A DNA stretch of 64,000 nucleotides from Nitrosopumilus sp. (GTDB taxonomy: Archaea > Thermoproteota > Nitrososphaeria > Nitrososphaerales > Nitrosopumilaceae). Numbering within the stretch: position 1 is the first letter of the stretch; every line of letters begins with the position of its first letter. This document shows, piece by piece, positions 18,627-29,038 of the stretch. Both the position numbers and the translations under genes were made by a program. The stretch is from the NCBI GenBank assembly GCA_965205425.1, contig CBDBGZ010000008.1, forward strand, positions 96,001 to 160,000. Reading direction: 5' to 3'. Under the pieces are notes generated by a model that saw nothing but the letters and a program-made list of their open reading frames with translations, did no database searches and was not told the DNA's origin.

Positions 18627-20444
18627 ATGGAGTTTTCAATTCTAGCTGAATCTTTTAACAAAATGGAATCCACTAGAAAAAGATTAGAATTAACACAATT
18701 TTTAGTTGAATTATTTGAAAAAACACCTAATGATGTTATTTCTAAAATTACATATCTTATTCAAGGAAAATTAAGACCAGACTTTGAAGGAATTGAATTA
18801 GGAGTTTCAGAAAAATTAGTGTTAAGAGCAGCAAAAAAATCATTAGGGATAAATGAAAATGATATCGTTGCAACTTTAAATAAAATAGGAGATCTTGGAA
18901 CTGCAATTTCAAAAACATTAGAGAAAAAAACACAGACGGGTCTATTTGATTTTGGAATTGATTCAGATACATATGATGAGGCAATGTTCGACACCAAAGC
19001 CAACACAGTGGAAAGAATTTACGAAGTATTATGGTCAATTTCTCAATTAGAAGGTGCAGGAAAAAACATTCAAGATAAAAAAATTAATTTTATTTCTAGT
19101 CTGTGGAACAAATCCAAGCCTACAGAAGTAAAATTTGTTACAAAGCTATTACTTGGAACGTTACGATTAGGGGTAGCAGAAAATACAGTAATGGATGCTT
19201 TAGCAATTACATATTCAGGAAATAAAGAAAATAGGAAAAAACTACAACATGCATACAACGTATCTAGTGATTTAGGTAAAGTTGCAGAGACCATTGCAAC
19301 AAAAGGCCTAAAAGGAATTGAAAAGTTTGAAATTATTTTATTTAATCCAATTAGACCAATGTTAGCTGACAGAGTAAAAAGTGAACAAGAAGCAATTGAA
19401 AAAATGGGGAAAGAGTTTGCAGCAGAATACAAACTAGATGGGGAAAGAGTTCAACTACACATAGAGGGAGACAAAGTTGCATTATTTTCTAGAAGTTTAG
19501 AAAGAATTGAAAGTTACTACCCAGACATTATAGAAAAAATTCCTAAAAATATTCAAGCAGACAATATTATTTTAGAAGCAGAAGCAGTTGCAATAAATGA
19601 AAACACAGGAGAATTTTTACCATTTCAAGAACTTATGCATAGAAGAAGAAAATACAAAATAGAAAAAGCAGTTACAGAGTATCCAATTACTGTGAATTTT
19701 TTTGATGTTTTGTATTGTAATGAAAAAGACTGCACCGGATTAAGTTACAAAGAAAGAAGAGAAAAACTGGAAAAATATGTTAAAGAAGATGAATTTGCAA
19801 AATACATTCCTATGAACACAGTAAGAAATGAAAATGAAGTTGAAGATTTTATGGAAAATAGTATCAATGCAGGAAGTGAAGGTTTGATGTTAAAGATGTT
19901 AGATAAACCATATCAAGCAGGTTCAAGAGGCAGTCATTGGTTAAAGCTTAAACGGGAATACAGAAATGAATTAGGAGACAGTTTAGATCTTGTTGTGATA
20001 GGAGGATTTTTTGGAAAAGGTAGAAGGACTGGAAATTATGGAACATTACTTTTAGCAACTTATGATGAAGATGAAGATACATTCCCAAGTATTTGTAAAG
20101 TGGGAACAGGTTTTTCAGATGAATCTTTAGATCAACTGTATCAAATACTAAATCCAAAAGTTTCAATTAAAAAAAATCCACGCATCAAAAGTGATATGGA
20201 AGCAGATGTATGGTTTGAACCAGAACTAGTAATCGAAATAGTCGCATCTGAAATTACACTTAGTCCAATTCACAAAGCTGCATTTAATGCAATTCGTAAA
20301 GATGCAGGATTGGCATTGAGATTTCCAAAATTTACTGGGAAAATTAGAGTCGAAAAAGCAGTTGAAGATGCATCAACAAATGAGGAAGTCATCACGTTGT
20401 ACAAAGGACAGAAAAAAGTCGCACACGATAAAAATTTGATGTGA
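18627..20444 (+). CDS. lig: ATP-dependent DNA ligase
   Basis: EYKLDGER, EGLMLK, WLKLK, LRFPKF. Confidence 0.97.
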   Translation: MEFSILAESFNKMESTRKRLELTQFLVELFEKTPNDVISKITYLIQGKLRPDFEGIELGVSEKLVLRAAKKSLGINENDIVATLNKIGDLGTAISKTLEKKTQTGLFDFGIDSDTYDEAMFDTKANTVERIYEVLWSISQLEGAGKNIQDKKINFISSLWNKSKPTEVKFVTKLLLGTLRLGVAENTVMDALAITYSGNKENRKKLQHAYNVSSDLGKVAETIATKGLKGIEKFEIILFNPIRPMLADRVKSEQEAIEKMGKEFAAEYKLDGERVQLHIEGDKVALFSRSLERIESYYPDIIEKIPKNIQADNIILEAEAVAINENTGEFLPFQELMHRRRKYKIEKAVTEYPITVNFFDVLYCNEKDCTGLSYKERREKLEKYVKEDEFAKYIPMNTVRNENEVEDFMENSINAGSEGLMLKMLDKPYQAGSRGSHWLKLKREYRNELGDSLDLVVIGGFFGKGRRTGNYGTLLLATYDEDEDTFPSICKVGTGFSDESLDQLYQILNPKVSIKKNPRIKSDMEADVWFEPELVIEIVASEITLSPIHKAAFNAIRKDAGLALRFPKFTGKIRVEKAVEDASTNEEVITLYKGQKKVAHDKNLM

Positions 20445-20511
20445 TTCGTGCTCAAAAAAGTTTGAAAACCGTAGAGGATTTAAATTACCTCGAGGTTTTT
20501 TTGTTTATGTT

Positions 20512-21165
20512 ATGTATAGCGGAGAGCTTGAAGTTCAAGCAAAAAGAAAGGCTATAGCAGTTTTACAAGACGAAATCAACAGAATTCTAAATGCATCCAG
20601 AGAACTTGCAACACTACCTGAACTAATGATGAAAAAAGACAAGTCAGGAATCAAAAACACACTAGAACAAATTTCAACAATTGAAGAAGAAGTTGAAAAC
20701 TTGAGAAGAAAAATTACACGCGAAGTAGCAGATGTTGGAGGATTAATCATGAATAGAGAAAATCTTCTAAACACAGCATATACAATGGATGAAATTGCAG
20801 GTTACATCACAGGCATTTCATTCAAACTATCAAATGTAAAAATTACAACTCTAAAAAGTGCAAAACTGGACAAAGATATTACAAAACTGATTGAACTAGT
20901 TGTAGACGAAGTTTACAAACTAAACGAAATCATTCGTAGTCTTAATACAAACACTGCAAATGCCATCGAGTTGGCACAAGAAACTCAAACAATAGAGAGA
21001 GAAATAGACATCAAATATAGACAAGCAACATTGAAGCTTCTTACTGAAGTTACCAACACAAAAGAACTAATGTTGATCAAAGATGTAATTGAAGGAATTG
21101 AAGAGATGGCAGATAAATGTCAAAGAGTATCAGATTCTTTCATCCTATTAGCATTGAGCCTATAA
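20512..21165 (+). CDS. DUF47 / PhoU-like protein
   Basis: Two helical repeats with IEEE.E / IERE.D and RE.LL motifs. Confidence 0.8.
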   Translation: MYSGELEVQAKRKAIAVLQDEINRILNASRELATLPELMMKKDKSGIKNTLEQISTIEEEVENLRRKITREVADVGGLIMNRENLLNTAYTMDEIAGYITGISFKLSNVKITTLKSAKLDKDITKLIELVVDEVYKLNEIIRSLNTNTANAIELAQETQTIEREIDIKYRQATLKLLTEVTNTKELMLIKDVIEGIEEMADKCQRVSDSFILLALSL

Positions 21166-21258
21166 CCAACTAAAATTCTCATCATTTTACTTTATTTTCA
21201 TTTTAGAAAAATGCATTTCTCTATAGAATTCATATACAGAGAATTATTTACATAGATA

Positions 21259-21795
21259 ATGAAAAGTGAATTAATTGAAAATAGAATTATAGTATGGGAC
21301 ATTGAAGATTCAAAAAAACTTTTCAGTCATGGGTATTATGGAAAACCAATAGGAATACCAAAACCAAAAATTGAAGAAATAGATGCGCCGTTAATCTTAG
21401 ATCTTATAGAAGGATTATATCTATTAGAAAATAAAAAAATTACCATTACAAAGTCTAAACAAAAAATAATTGTTGAACAATTAATGGATATATGTAAAAA
21501 AGAAATTCACGAATTTGATAAAAAATATCTTGTATACAAAAATTTTAGAGACAAAGGATACATAATAAATCCAGGAATTAAATTTGGATGTGACTTTGCA
21601 GTTTATGAAAAAGGGCCAGGAATTGATCATGCTCCATTTTTAATTCAAGTGTACACAAGAACAGAACCAATAACATCAACAGGTATTGTTCTAGCTGGTA
21701 GACTAGCTACAAGCGTCAAGAAACAATTCATTCTAGCAATTCCTAAAGGCAAGGATAAAGTTGACTTCTTGGCTTTAGACTGGTGGAAAGCTTAG
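21259..21795 (+). CDS. endA: tRNA-intron endonuclease subunit
   Basis: VYKNFRDKGY, GIKFGCDFAVY, HA, RLATSVKK. Confidence 0.93.
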   Translation: MKSELIENRIIVWDIEDSKKLFSHGYYGKPIGIPKPKIEEIDAPLILDLIEGLYLLENKKITITKSKQKIIVEQLMDICKKEIHEFDKKYLVYKNFRDKGYIINPGIKFGCDFAVYEKGPGIDHAPFLIQVYTRTEPITSTGIVLAGRLATSVKKQFILAIPKGKDKVDFLALDWWKA

Positions 21796-22169
21796 ACAGA
21801 TTTTATGTGACCTGCAATTCGGTCATAAATTTCAAAGAGTTCTTTTGTAATTCCAAAAGCAATGTGATTATCCCATTTACTTCGGATTCTTACGGCTACT
21901 TCGGTAGGTTCTACATAGATGGTAGCATCTTTAACGGATTGCTTTGCAATCATTTCATTTAGTTCAGTATCTTCATTTAGTTTAGATGCAAGGCTTCCTG
22001 AACCATTCCATTCTACTTTAACAACAGTTTTTGAGGCAAAATGACCTTTGGTGGTAAGTTTTGTTTTTGCAACATAATTGTTAAACGAACTTCCAGTAGT
22101 CTTTCGTACAATAAATTGAGCTTGAAATCTATCAAGTGCGCCCCATGGAAGTGGATTTGGATCTTGCAT
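21792..22169 (-). CDS. Hypothetical protein
   Basis: Intact ORF in operon with 22172..22408. Confidence 0.75.
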   Translation of the reverse strand: MQDPNPLPWGALDRFQAQFIVRKTTGSSFNNYVAKTKLTTKGHFASKTVVKVEWNGSGSLASKLNEDTELNEMIAKQSVKDATIYVEPTEVAVRIRSKWDNHIAFGITKELFEIYDRIAGHIKSV

Positions 22170-22171
22170 AA

Positions 22172-22408
22172 CTATCCCTTTTGAATTATTTGTATTGCGT
22201 CAATGTTTGAATTCTTGACATCAATACATCCTCTATTAGTTACCATTCTAGGTGTTTGAGCAAAATATCTACTATAGTAATCATCATTTTCAATTTCATC
22301 AGTTCCAATTTCTTTAGATTCAGAATCAATGCCGATCTCCTTTAACATACCAGCAAATTTTTCAGGCCACGATTGATAGACAAATGTATCAGACTCCGTA
22401 TCATGCAT
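22172..22408 (-). CDS. Hypothetical protein
   Basis: Intact ORF. Confidence 0.7.
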   Translation of the reverse strand: MHDTESDTFVYQSWPEKFAGMLKEIGIDSESKEIGTDEIENDDYYSRYFAQTPRMVTNRGCIDVKNSNIDAIQIIQKG

Positions 22409-22506
22409 TAAAAATCATCAATCATACCCACAAATAAAGATATCAAGAAAAATAGTGAATTGGGATCAATCAAAATAAATATCACAAAAGTTCTGTCAGT
22501 TTATCT

Positions 22507-24273
22507 ATGCTAAAATTCCAAAACAAACTTGCATTAATTACAGGAAGTGGAACAGGAATTGGCAAGGCCATTGCTACTAAATTTATCGAAGAAGGCGCCA
22601 GTGTCATTATTCTTGGAAGACGAAAAGAGCCATTAGAAGTAGCAGCAAAAGAACTTGAAGATAAAATTCCTCAAGATTCAAACGCTACAGTGAAAATTTT
22701 TGCCGGAGTAGATGTTGCTGATGAAGGAGCAATGAATGACATGTTTGACACATTGAAAAATGAAAACATCACAATAGATTACATAATTAATAATGCGGGA
22801 GTTTCAGGTCCTGTAACTTGTTTTGCCAATGCACCACTTGATGAATTCAAGAGTACCATTGGAATTCATCTTACTGGAACATTTTGGGGTGCAGTTCAGG
22901 CTCTAAAAGTAATGAAAGAAGGTGGAAAGATAATCACAATTTCCACATTCTTTACAGAAGAGCGACCACTTGAACAAAGACCATACAGATTTAGAAGTCC
23001 ATATACTGCATCACAAGGTGCAAAGAACAGACTAGCTGAATGCATGTCATGGGAATTAACAGATAAAGGAATTATTTCTATTGCAACAAATCCTGGACCC
23101 GTACATTCAGATAGAATTTACAAAACAGTTTATCCAAAAGCTGCAGCAGAATTTATGAGAGTCAGTGGATTTGAAGACTTGAATCCAGTGGAAGTTGAAG
23201 AAGCAAAAGACGATTTGTTAGAATGTATTTTAGCAGATGGAATAGATAAAGAAGGAATTGCAAAAATAGCAGAAAAATTAGCAAATGGAAAAGATGTTGT
23301 TAAACTTACTGAAACATTTACCAATTTATTAACAAAGATTCAAACAATAGCAGAAAAAGTTCAAAATAACACATCACATATGATTGCTAACCAAGAATTT
23401 TTGTCACAAACACAAGTTGCAGAATCAGTTCTTAATTTGTGTGATGATGAAATTGCAAAAATCATAAATGGAAAAGTAATTCCAGGAGACAGGGTATTTT
23501 ATCCAGTTAAAGCATACATTGGAACCACCACCCCAGGAGTTCATCAACCTGACTTTAGTGGAAAAGCTGTAGTGCTTACAGTGGATGCAACTGACAAGAC
23601 AGATGCAGACAGAGTAGAATACTTGGCAGGGCATATTGAAAAGAATGGTGGAAAAGTGGCATGTTTTATCTCAAATACAACACCTACAAACTTGCAAGAA
23701 CAAATTAGTGGAAAATTCCATTCACATGTTGTAGACATTACCAATCCTGAAGAAGTTGAAAGATGGTTAAACACAGCTAAAACCAATATCGGAGACATTC
23801 TGGGCGTAATTCACATTACAGGAAAACTTCCAGAAATTGATAAATTAACAGAGTTAAACAGAGCCAAATGGGAAGAACTAGTCGCAAAATTCATCTCAAC
23901 ACCTGCAACAGTTGCCCAAAGAGCACTAGAACAATTTGTTCCAGGAGGAGGAAAAGACCCAAGACTCTTCAAAGACACAACAGGGTCCATCATGATCATT
24001 GGTCCAGATCTTCCAATAGGAAGAAAAGTTACAGGTACACAAAGAGCTCAAGTAGAGGTATTCAGAGGAGCATTAAGACCATTTACAACAACTGTAAATC
24101 AAGAATTAAGCGATGTATTAAAATCAAAAATTAGATTGTTTACCATATTCCCAGGTTCAGTAACAGGTTCAGAACCAAATAATGAAAGAATTGCGGATGC
24201 ATTTAATTTCCTAGTATCAGATAGTTCTCATTCATCATCAGAAGTAACTTTCTGTGTTGATGAATCAAGATAA
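22507..24273 (+). CDS. SDR-family oxidoreductase with a second, degenerate SDR domain
   Basis: TGSGTGIG, NNAG; YTASQ in place of YxxxK. Confidence 0.88.
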   Translation: MLKFQNKLALITGSGTGIGKAIATKFIEEGASVIILGRRKEPLEVAAKELEDKIPQDSNATVKIFAGVDVADEGAMNDMFDTLKNENITIDYIINNAGVSGPVTCFANAPLDEFKSTIGIHLTGTFWGAVQALKVMKEGGKIITISTFFTEERPLEQRPYRFRSPYTASQGAKNRLAECMSWELTDKGIISIATNPGPVHSDRIYKTVYPKAAAEFMRVSGFEDLNPVEVEEAKDDLLECILADGIDKEGIAKIAEKLANGKDVVKLTETFTNLLTKIQTIAEKVQNNTSHMIANQEFLSQTQVAESVLNLCDDEIAKIINGKVIPGDRVFYPVKAYIGTTTPGVHQPDFSGKAVVLTVDATDKTDADRVEYLAGHIEKNGGKVACFISNTTPTNLQEQISGKFHSHVVDITNPEEVERWLNTAKTNIGDILGVIHITGKLPEIDKLTELNRAKWEELVAKFISTPATVAQRALEQFVPGGGKDPRLFKDTTGSIMIIGPDLPIGRKVTGTQRAQVEVFRGALRPFTTTVNQELSDVLKSKIRLFTIFPGSVTGSEPNNERIADAFNFLVSDSSHSSSEVTFCVDESR

Positions 24274-24275
24274 GA

Positions 24276-24447
24276 ATGAAAAAAATTTCAGAATTTAGGG
24301 TGGGAGATGCATTTTATTCCACATGCAGTATTTCAGATAAAGAATTAGAAGAATATCTTAAATTTTCCAGAGTGAGAAACGCATTTCTAGAAAATAAAAA
24401 GAAAGAAGGACAGCAATTAGTTTCAGGTAGAGGGATTTTATCTAGAA
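24276..24447 (+). pseudogene. Truncated MaoC/hotdog-like gene
   Basis: EFRVGD...SISDKELEEY...LVSG; frame runs into MITE-B; no continuation found. Confidence 0.6.
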
Positions 24448-24589
24448 TAGACGTCTTGCGTAATTATTTCTAGGCGTGAATTTTGCTGCAGGATTTTTCA
24501 AATTGGTTGAGAAATTTGAATTTTCAGGTATGAATTCTGTTAAAATACAAAATTTGAGAAAAAATCTCTATAATTACGCAAGAGGTCTA
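24448..24589. mobile_element. MITE-B copy 1 (142 bp including terminal TA)
   Basis: TIR TAGAC(G/C)TCTTGCGTAATTAT; second copy inverted at 48747-48888. Confidence 0.88.
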
Positions 24590-24601
24590 ATGGTTAGTTT
24601 G

Positions 24602-24633
24602 TGATCTAAATTGGGTTACTTTTCCAAGTACTG
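24602..24633 (-). repeat. Diverged ISH3-type terminal remnant
   Basis: TGATCTAAATTGGGTTACTTTTCCAAGTACTG resembles the ISH3 left end. Confidence 0.65.
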
Positions 24634-24792
24634 GACAAAGGATGGAAAATCATGGTATGAAATCCCAATAATAAAGGAGGATTAGAAAATGAGCAACCCC
24701 CAATATGATGAATGTGCAGAAGATGACAATCTCAGATATGACCATAACAATGAAACTTTTTAAAGATCATATCCATACAAACGTCATAAACC

Positions 24793-24882
24793 CGTCAGGG
24801 ATGGGATTTGAACCCACGAACCGAAGGACTCAGTTAAGGGATTTTCAATCTCTCGCTATAGACCAAACTAAGCGACCCTGAC
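24793..24882 (-). tRNA. Atypical tRNA: Ser-like type II body with GAA (Phe) anticodon
   Basis: Acceptor GTCAGGG/CCCTGAC, T-arm GTGGG-TTCAAAT-CCCAT, anticodon arm AGAGA-TTGAAAA-TCCCT, 19-nt variable arm, discriminator G. Confidence 0.75.
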
Positions 24883-24921
24883 GAGTTTACTGTTATCTTT
24901 CATTAATAAAAACATAATTGG

Positions 24922-26936
24922 GGCCTTGTAGAAACCATGATAAAATAACAAAATCTAATTTTCTAATCCTGTAAGCATTGTATGCAATTAACCTGTACAA
25001 CATCTCATTGTCCTGAGTTGTAACATTTCTTGATGTGACATCTCCTGACATTATCTGTTTGATCACAAAAAAGATTGTTTCAGATTTGTTTCTCTTGTTG
25101 TATCCCAAAATCAGTTCGTCCCTTATTTGACATCGTATTCTTCTCCTGTCTGCTCATCAATAACTCTTGTTCCCTTCTCTGGCATCTTTCTTGCATATGC
25201 CTTTGCAGGGGTCTCAAGATTATCCCAGTCAAGTGACATGTGTGGCTTTATGTGGTTGTACCAGTGGACCAGCTCATCAATGGTGCCAAACCATTTCTGC
25301 TTTCTCTGAATCTCGCCGTGAAATCTTTCTAACTTTCCATTTGTCTGTGGATGATTCACTCTTGCCATGATATGCTTTATCTCTAATTTTACCAGTTCTT
25401 GCTCAAACTGGGATGCTCCTTTTCTCTTGTATTCTGATTGGTTTGCATAAAACTGGGAGCCATGATCAGTTAGAATTGATGCAGGCCTACCGTGCTTTGC
25501 AATTGCCTCATGTAATACCACAAGTGCGTTATCTGTTGTTGCCTCTGCAAACACTCCATGAGAGACGATAAATCTTGATGCGTCATCCTGGTAGCATAAG
25601 AACCATCTGCCATCGTCTAGCTTCTTCCAGTCAGTATGCCACATGGAGTTTGAATATGTCCTCTCGTATCTAACCCACTTTCGTCTTCTCCTCTTCTTTG
25701 GCTGAGCTTCTGCCAACCCTTCATCTCTCATAATTTTGTGTATGGTATTGTGAGGTATGTGTGTTCCAGTGGTATCAATTATTTTCTCCAAGAATACTGC
25801 AGAACACCTGAACTTTTCAAATGCTGACTGGACAGTCTGCACCATCTGCTCTGTGATTATTCCCTTTGGCCTTCCAGGCTTGCCTAGGATTGGAACTGCA
25901 CCAGTACGGCGATACCGTGAGTAGAGTTTCTGCACCCACCCAACAGATATCTTCATGGATGAGGCTACGTCTGCGTTCTTGGCACCATCCTCTTTTGACT
26001 TGATTATCCAGGATATCTGGATTGGATCTAACTTTTGCATAATCTTGTGATTCTTTCCTCTTTTCCAAACGTATCTTGACTTTAGTCTGGAAATAATGGG
26101 GTGAACTAATTTGAGGATAATAGACAGATTTGTTTCTCTGATGGTACAATTGTACAGGAAAGTTCCTCTTCATCTCCTTTCTGTGAATTCCGCTGGTTCT
26201 GTAAATTGGAACTGTTCCATATCGAGTTGGAATTATTGCAGCTGTGTTGATCTGTTCTGCACCAACATGGTTATTCTCATCATCAAAACCCATGTCACCT
26301 AACACAATATCAACTGGAACAATATTGTTGGTTTTGTACAACAATGGCAGAAAATCAGGATTATCATGTTGCATGTTGTGGTGTGTCATGACACAGCAAA
26401 CAAGCTGTGTATTCATGTCAGCACAAACAACAACTTTTAGGAAATTCCTGCGTAACTGTACTCTTTTTGTATAATAGTATGATGCTGTACTGTAACTGAA
26501 TCCGCTACCATCAATTCCAGCTAGAACCAGTCTGACTTTTTTGTACAAAATGAATTCCTGCAACATTTTATGTAACAGATTTCCTTCCAGTCTTGCAGCT
26601 GCCTTTTGTAGTGTGGTGTAATGTGGAATGGTAGACAAACCAAGATATTCCTGAATTCCTACACATTCTTCTAAAAATTCTGTAAATCTTCTATAACTCT
26701 TTGATTCGTACTGTCGTATTGCCAAGAGTATGAGATGTGTCCAAACAGAATAGATATGATTTGATTTTGGATGTAAGAACCTGGGAATTCTGCATCTGGT
26801 GATTATATTGAGTAGTGTTTTGCACATTTTGACGTATGATGAGACCATACTGTAATCTGCAAATACAATCCTAATGGATCTAAATTAGCTAAAATGTATC
26901 ACAATTGGGTTAAAATCAGATGGTTTCTACAAGGCC
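24922..26936 (-). mobile_element. IS5-family IS interrupted by an IS481-family element
   Basis: TIR GGCCTTGTAGAAACCAT at both ends; GIDGSGF, GDMGFD; YHQRNKS rejoins ETIF after removing the insert. Confidence 0.88.
25096..26124 (-). mobile_element. IS481-family IS with 15-bp TSD; transposase 25123..26040
   Basis: WHTDW, TDHG, HPQTNGKLER; imperfect 22-bp TIRs; CAGATTTGTTTCTCT at 25081-25095 and 26125-26139. Confidence 0.92.
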
Positions 26937-27068
26937 GTAGAAATTATACTTTTGAATCAAAATAAAAATACAGAGAAGCAGACATGTCTCCCCCGCCCCT
27001 AGATCAGATGACCTAGTGAACAATATGTATTACAAAATAAGTATAAAAATACAAAAAAGTTATCAAGG

Positions 27069-27848
27069 CTAAAATCCTAAAACATTTCCAGATAAAGAAT
27101 CAAAGAATAATTTAGCTGCTGCAATCAATATTACTATAGAAACTAGAATTTGTAAATAGCGTTCCTTGATATCAATAGACAATCTTGCCCCAACTAATCC
27201 TCCAATAAAAGAACCAATTGCTAAGAAACCTGCTTGAAGAAAATCAGGATGACCCAATAAACTATGTACAATTACTCCAGACAAAGACGCAAATAACAAA
27301 ATCATTTGAGATGTCGGTGCAGCTTTTTTCATCGCCATTCCCATTCCAACTACCATTAAAGGAACAAAGATGATTCCTCCACCAATACCAAAAAAAGAAG
27401 ATATAACACCTGCAAAAAAACTTGCACCTATTGCAAAAATCATCATTTGTTTTGAAATTCTTTTTTCTTTGGTCTCGATTTTTTTTCGTAAAAAGATATA
27501 AGCCGCAGATGCTATCAATACAAAACCAAATAAGATTTTAAAAATATCAGGGGCTACATCAGTTGATATAATCGCACCAAGAATTGTTCCAGGAATGGAA
27601 AGTAATCCAAGTTTAAGACCAAGAGAATATTCTATTCGTTTTTGTTTGGAATAAGAAATTGTAGATGCCATTGCATTACTTAATGCAGCAAACAAACTAT
27701 TACTTGCAGCAACCGTAGGAGGAAATCCTAAAAATGTCAACACAGGAACAACAATGACGCCACCACCAAGACCAATCATAGAGCCTAAAATTCCAGCTGC
27801 AAATCCCAATGGAATTAGCCACAGTTGATCAATCATAGTAATCGTCAA
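27069..27848 (-). CDS. TauE/SafE sulfite-exporter family membrane protein
   Basis: Repeated G(L/I)GGG..VP motifs, about 8 TM helices. Confidence 0.92.
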   Translation of the reverse strand: MTITMIDQLWLIPLGFAAGILGSMIGLGGGVIVVPVLTFLGFPPTVAASNSLFAALSNAMASTISYSKQKRIEYSLGLKLGLLSIPGTILGAIISTDVAPDIFKILFGFVLIASAAYIFLRKKIETKEKRISKQMMIFAIGASFFAGVISSFFGIGGGIIFVPLMVVGMGMAMKKAAPTSQMILLFASLSGVIVHSLLGHPDFLQAGFLAIGSFIGGLVGARLSIDIKERYLQILVSIVILIAAAKLFFDSLSGNVLGF

Positions 27849-27876
27849 TCAAAGAAATTTGCAGTATATAATTAGA

Positions 27877-28506
27877 CTACTTGAGAATAATTAATGTCTG
27901 TAAAACAGAATTATCCTTAGGAGTAATTTCCAAAGTTATTTCAGAATTTTCCAAATCATCAATTTGAGACTTGATGCCACGTTCATCAGAATCATAGTAA
28001 AATTTGTGAACAAGATCTACCCATGCAGAAATAGATTCGACATCATCATCATCAGTTTTTTCTTCTTCCCAACAGTCACAAACTAGGGTTTCAATCATAG
28101 TTTCTAATACTGCAAAAACTTCATCTTGGTTTGATTCCAAAGTGGCAGTTTCAAGATTAGCTATGGCCATGATTGGGGAATTGGTATCACCTCCAATGTT
28201 GATATTTCCCAAAGGATTTCCGTGAATATCAGTTACAGCAGTGGTAGTGCAATATTCTACAGTTCTTGGGAGGTCTTTATCAAAGAATGTACAGTATTGA
28301 CTAATTGTATGATCAGTAATTACAGTTGGAGCAGACACAAAAATATTTTGAGTAGCTAGAGTTTTTTGGATTTTTTCAATATCATAATATGTGAATCCTG
28401 TATCGTAAACAAGTTTTGATTCAGTTTCAGTAGCAGGATATAAAATAAGTATGGAACCTAAAATAAGGATTACAATTCCGATTAAGATCAATAACGGTTT
28501 GTTCAT
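27877..28506 (-). CDS. Membrane-anchored hypothetical protein
   Basis: N-terminal TM helix, acidic Cys-containing domain. Confidence 0.75.
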   Translation of the reverse strand: MNKPLLILIGIVILILGSILILYPATETESKLVYDTGFTYYDIEKIQKTLATQNIFVSAPTVITDHTISQYCTFFDKDLPRTVEYCTTTAVTDIHGNPLGNINIGGDTNSPIMAIANLETATLESNQDEVFAVLETMIETLVCDCWEEEKTDDDDVESISAWVDLVHKFYYDSDERGIKSQIDDLENSEITLEITPKDNSVLQTLIILK

Positions 28507-28546
28507 AAATTACAAGTTATTCATTCAAAGATAAGGCTTTGCAATG

Positions 28547-29038
28547 TTAAATTGAGATTATAGTTAATTTAGAATCTTTATTAATATTATTTTGTTCAAC
28601 AAACCCAGTTGTGACTTCAAGGATATATGATGCCTCACCATCTGGAACGACACTCTGACAACCAGTGATTTCAACTACAGTTTTACATGGAGGAACATTT
28701 TTTTCAATATGTACAACATTTCCATCTTTATCAAACCAAATCATGTCTAAAGGAAACTGCATGTTAAGCATCCACAAAGAATACAATCCAGGTTCTTTGA
28801 ATACAAAAATCATTCCTTGATCAAGAGGGAGCTCTTCTTGAAACATCAATCCACGAACTCTTCGGGGCTCAGAATCTGCAATTTGAACTTCAAGTGCAAC
28901 ATCATCTACCAAAATTGTGCCTCTTGGAAATTCGACTGATTCTAATTTACTATCACTAGGAAGAGTGAGCATTCCAATGACGCCGATAATAACAGCTGCA
29001 ATCGTAATAGGGATAAGTGCTTGAGCTCGAGTAGTCAT
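28547..29038 (-). CDS. DUF192-family protein
   Basis: RGLMF, GMIFVF, WMLNMQFPLD, YILEV. Confidence 0.92.
   Translation of the reverse strand: MTTRAQALIPITIAAVIIGVIGMLTLPSDSKLESVEFPRGTILVDDVALEVQIADSEPRRVRGLMFQEELPLDQGMIFVFKEPGLYSLWMLNMQFPLDMIWFDKDGNVVHIEKNVPPCKTVVEITGCQSVVPDGEASYILEVTTGFVEQNNINKDSKLTIISI

Noticed and set aside
24893..25108. Separate ORF suggesting a second IS5 variant (GYNKRNKS)
   Set aside because: Its first codons come from the IS481 TIR and the 15-bp TSD; it is the tail of the same IS5 transposase.
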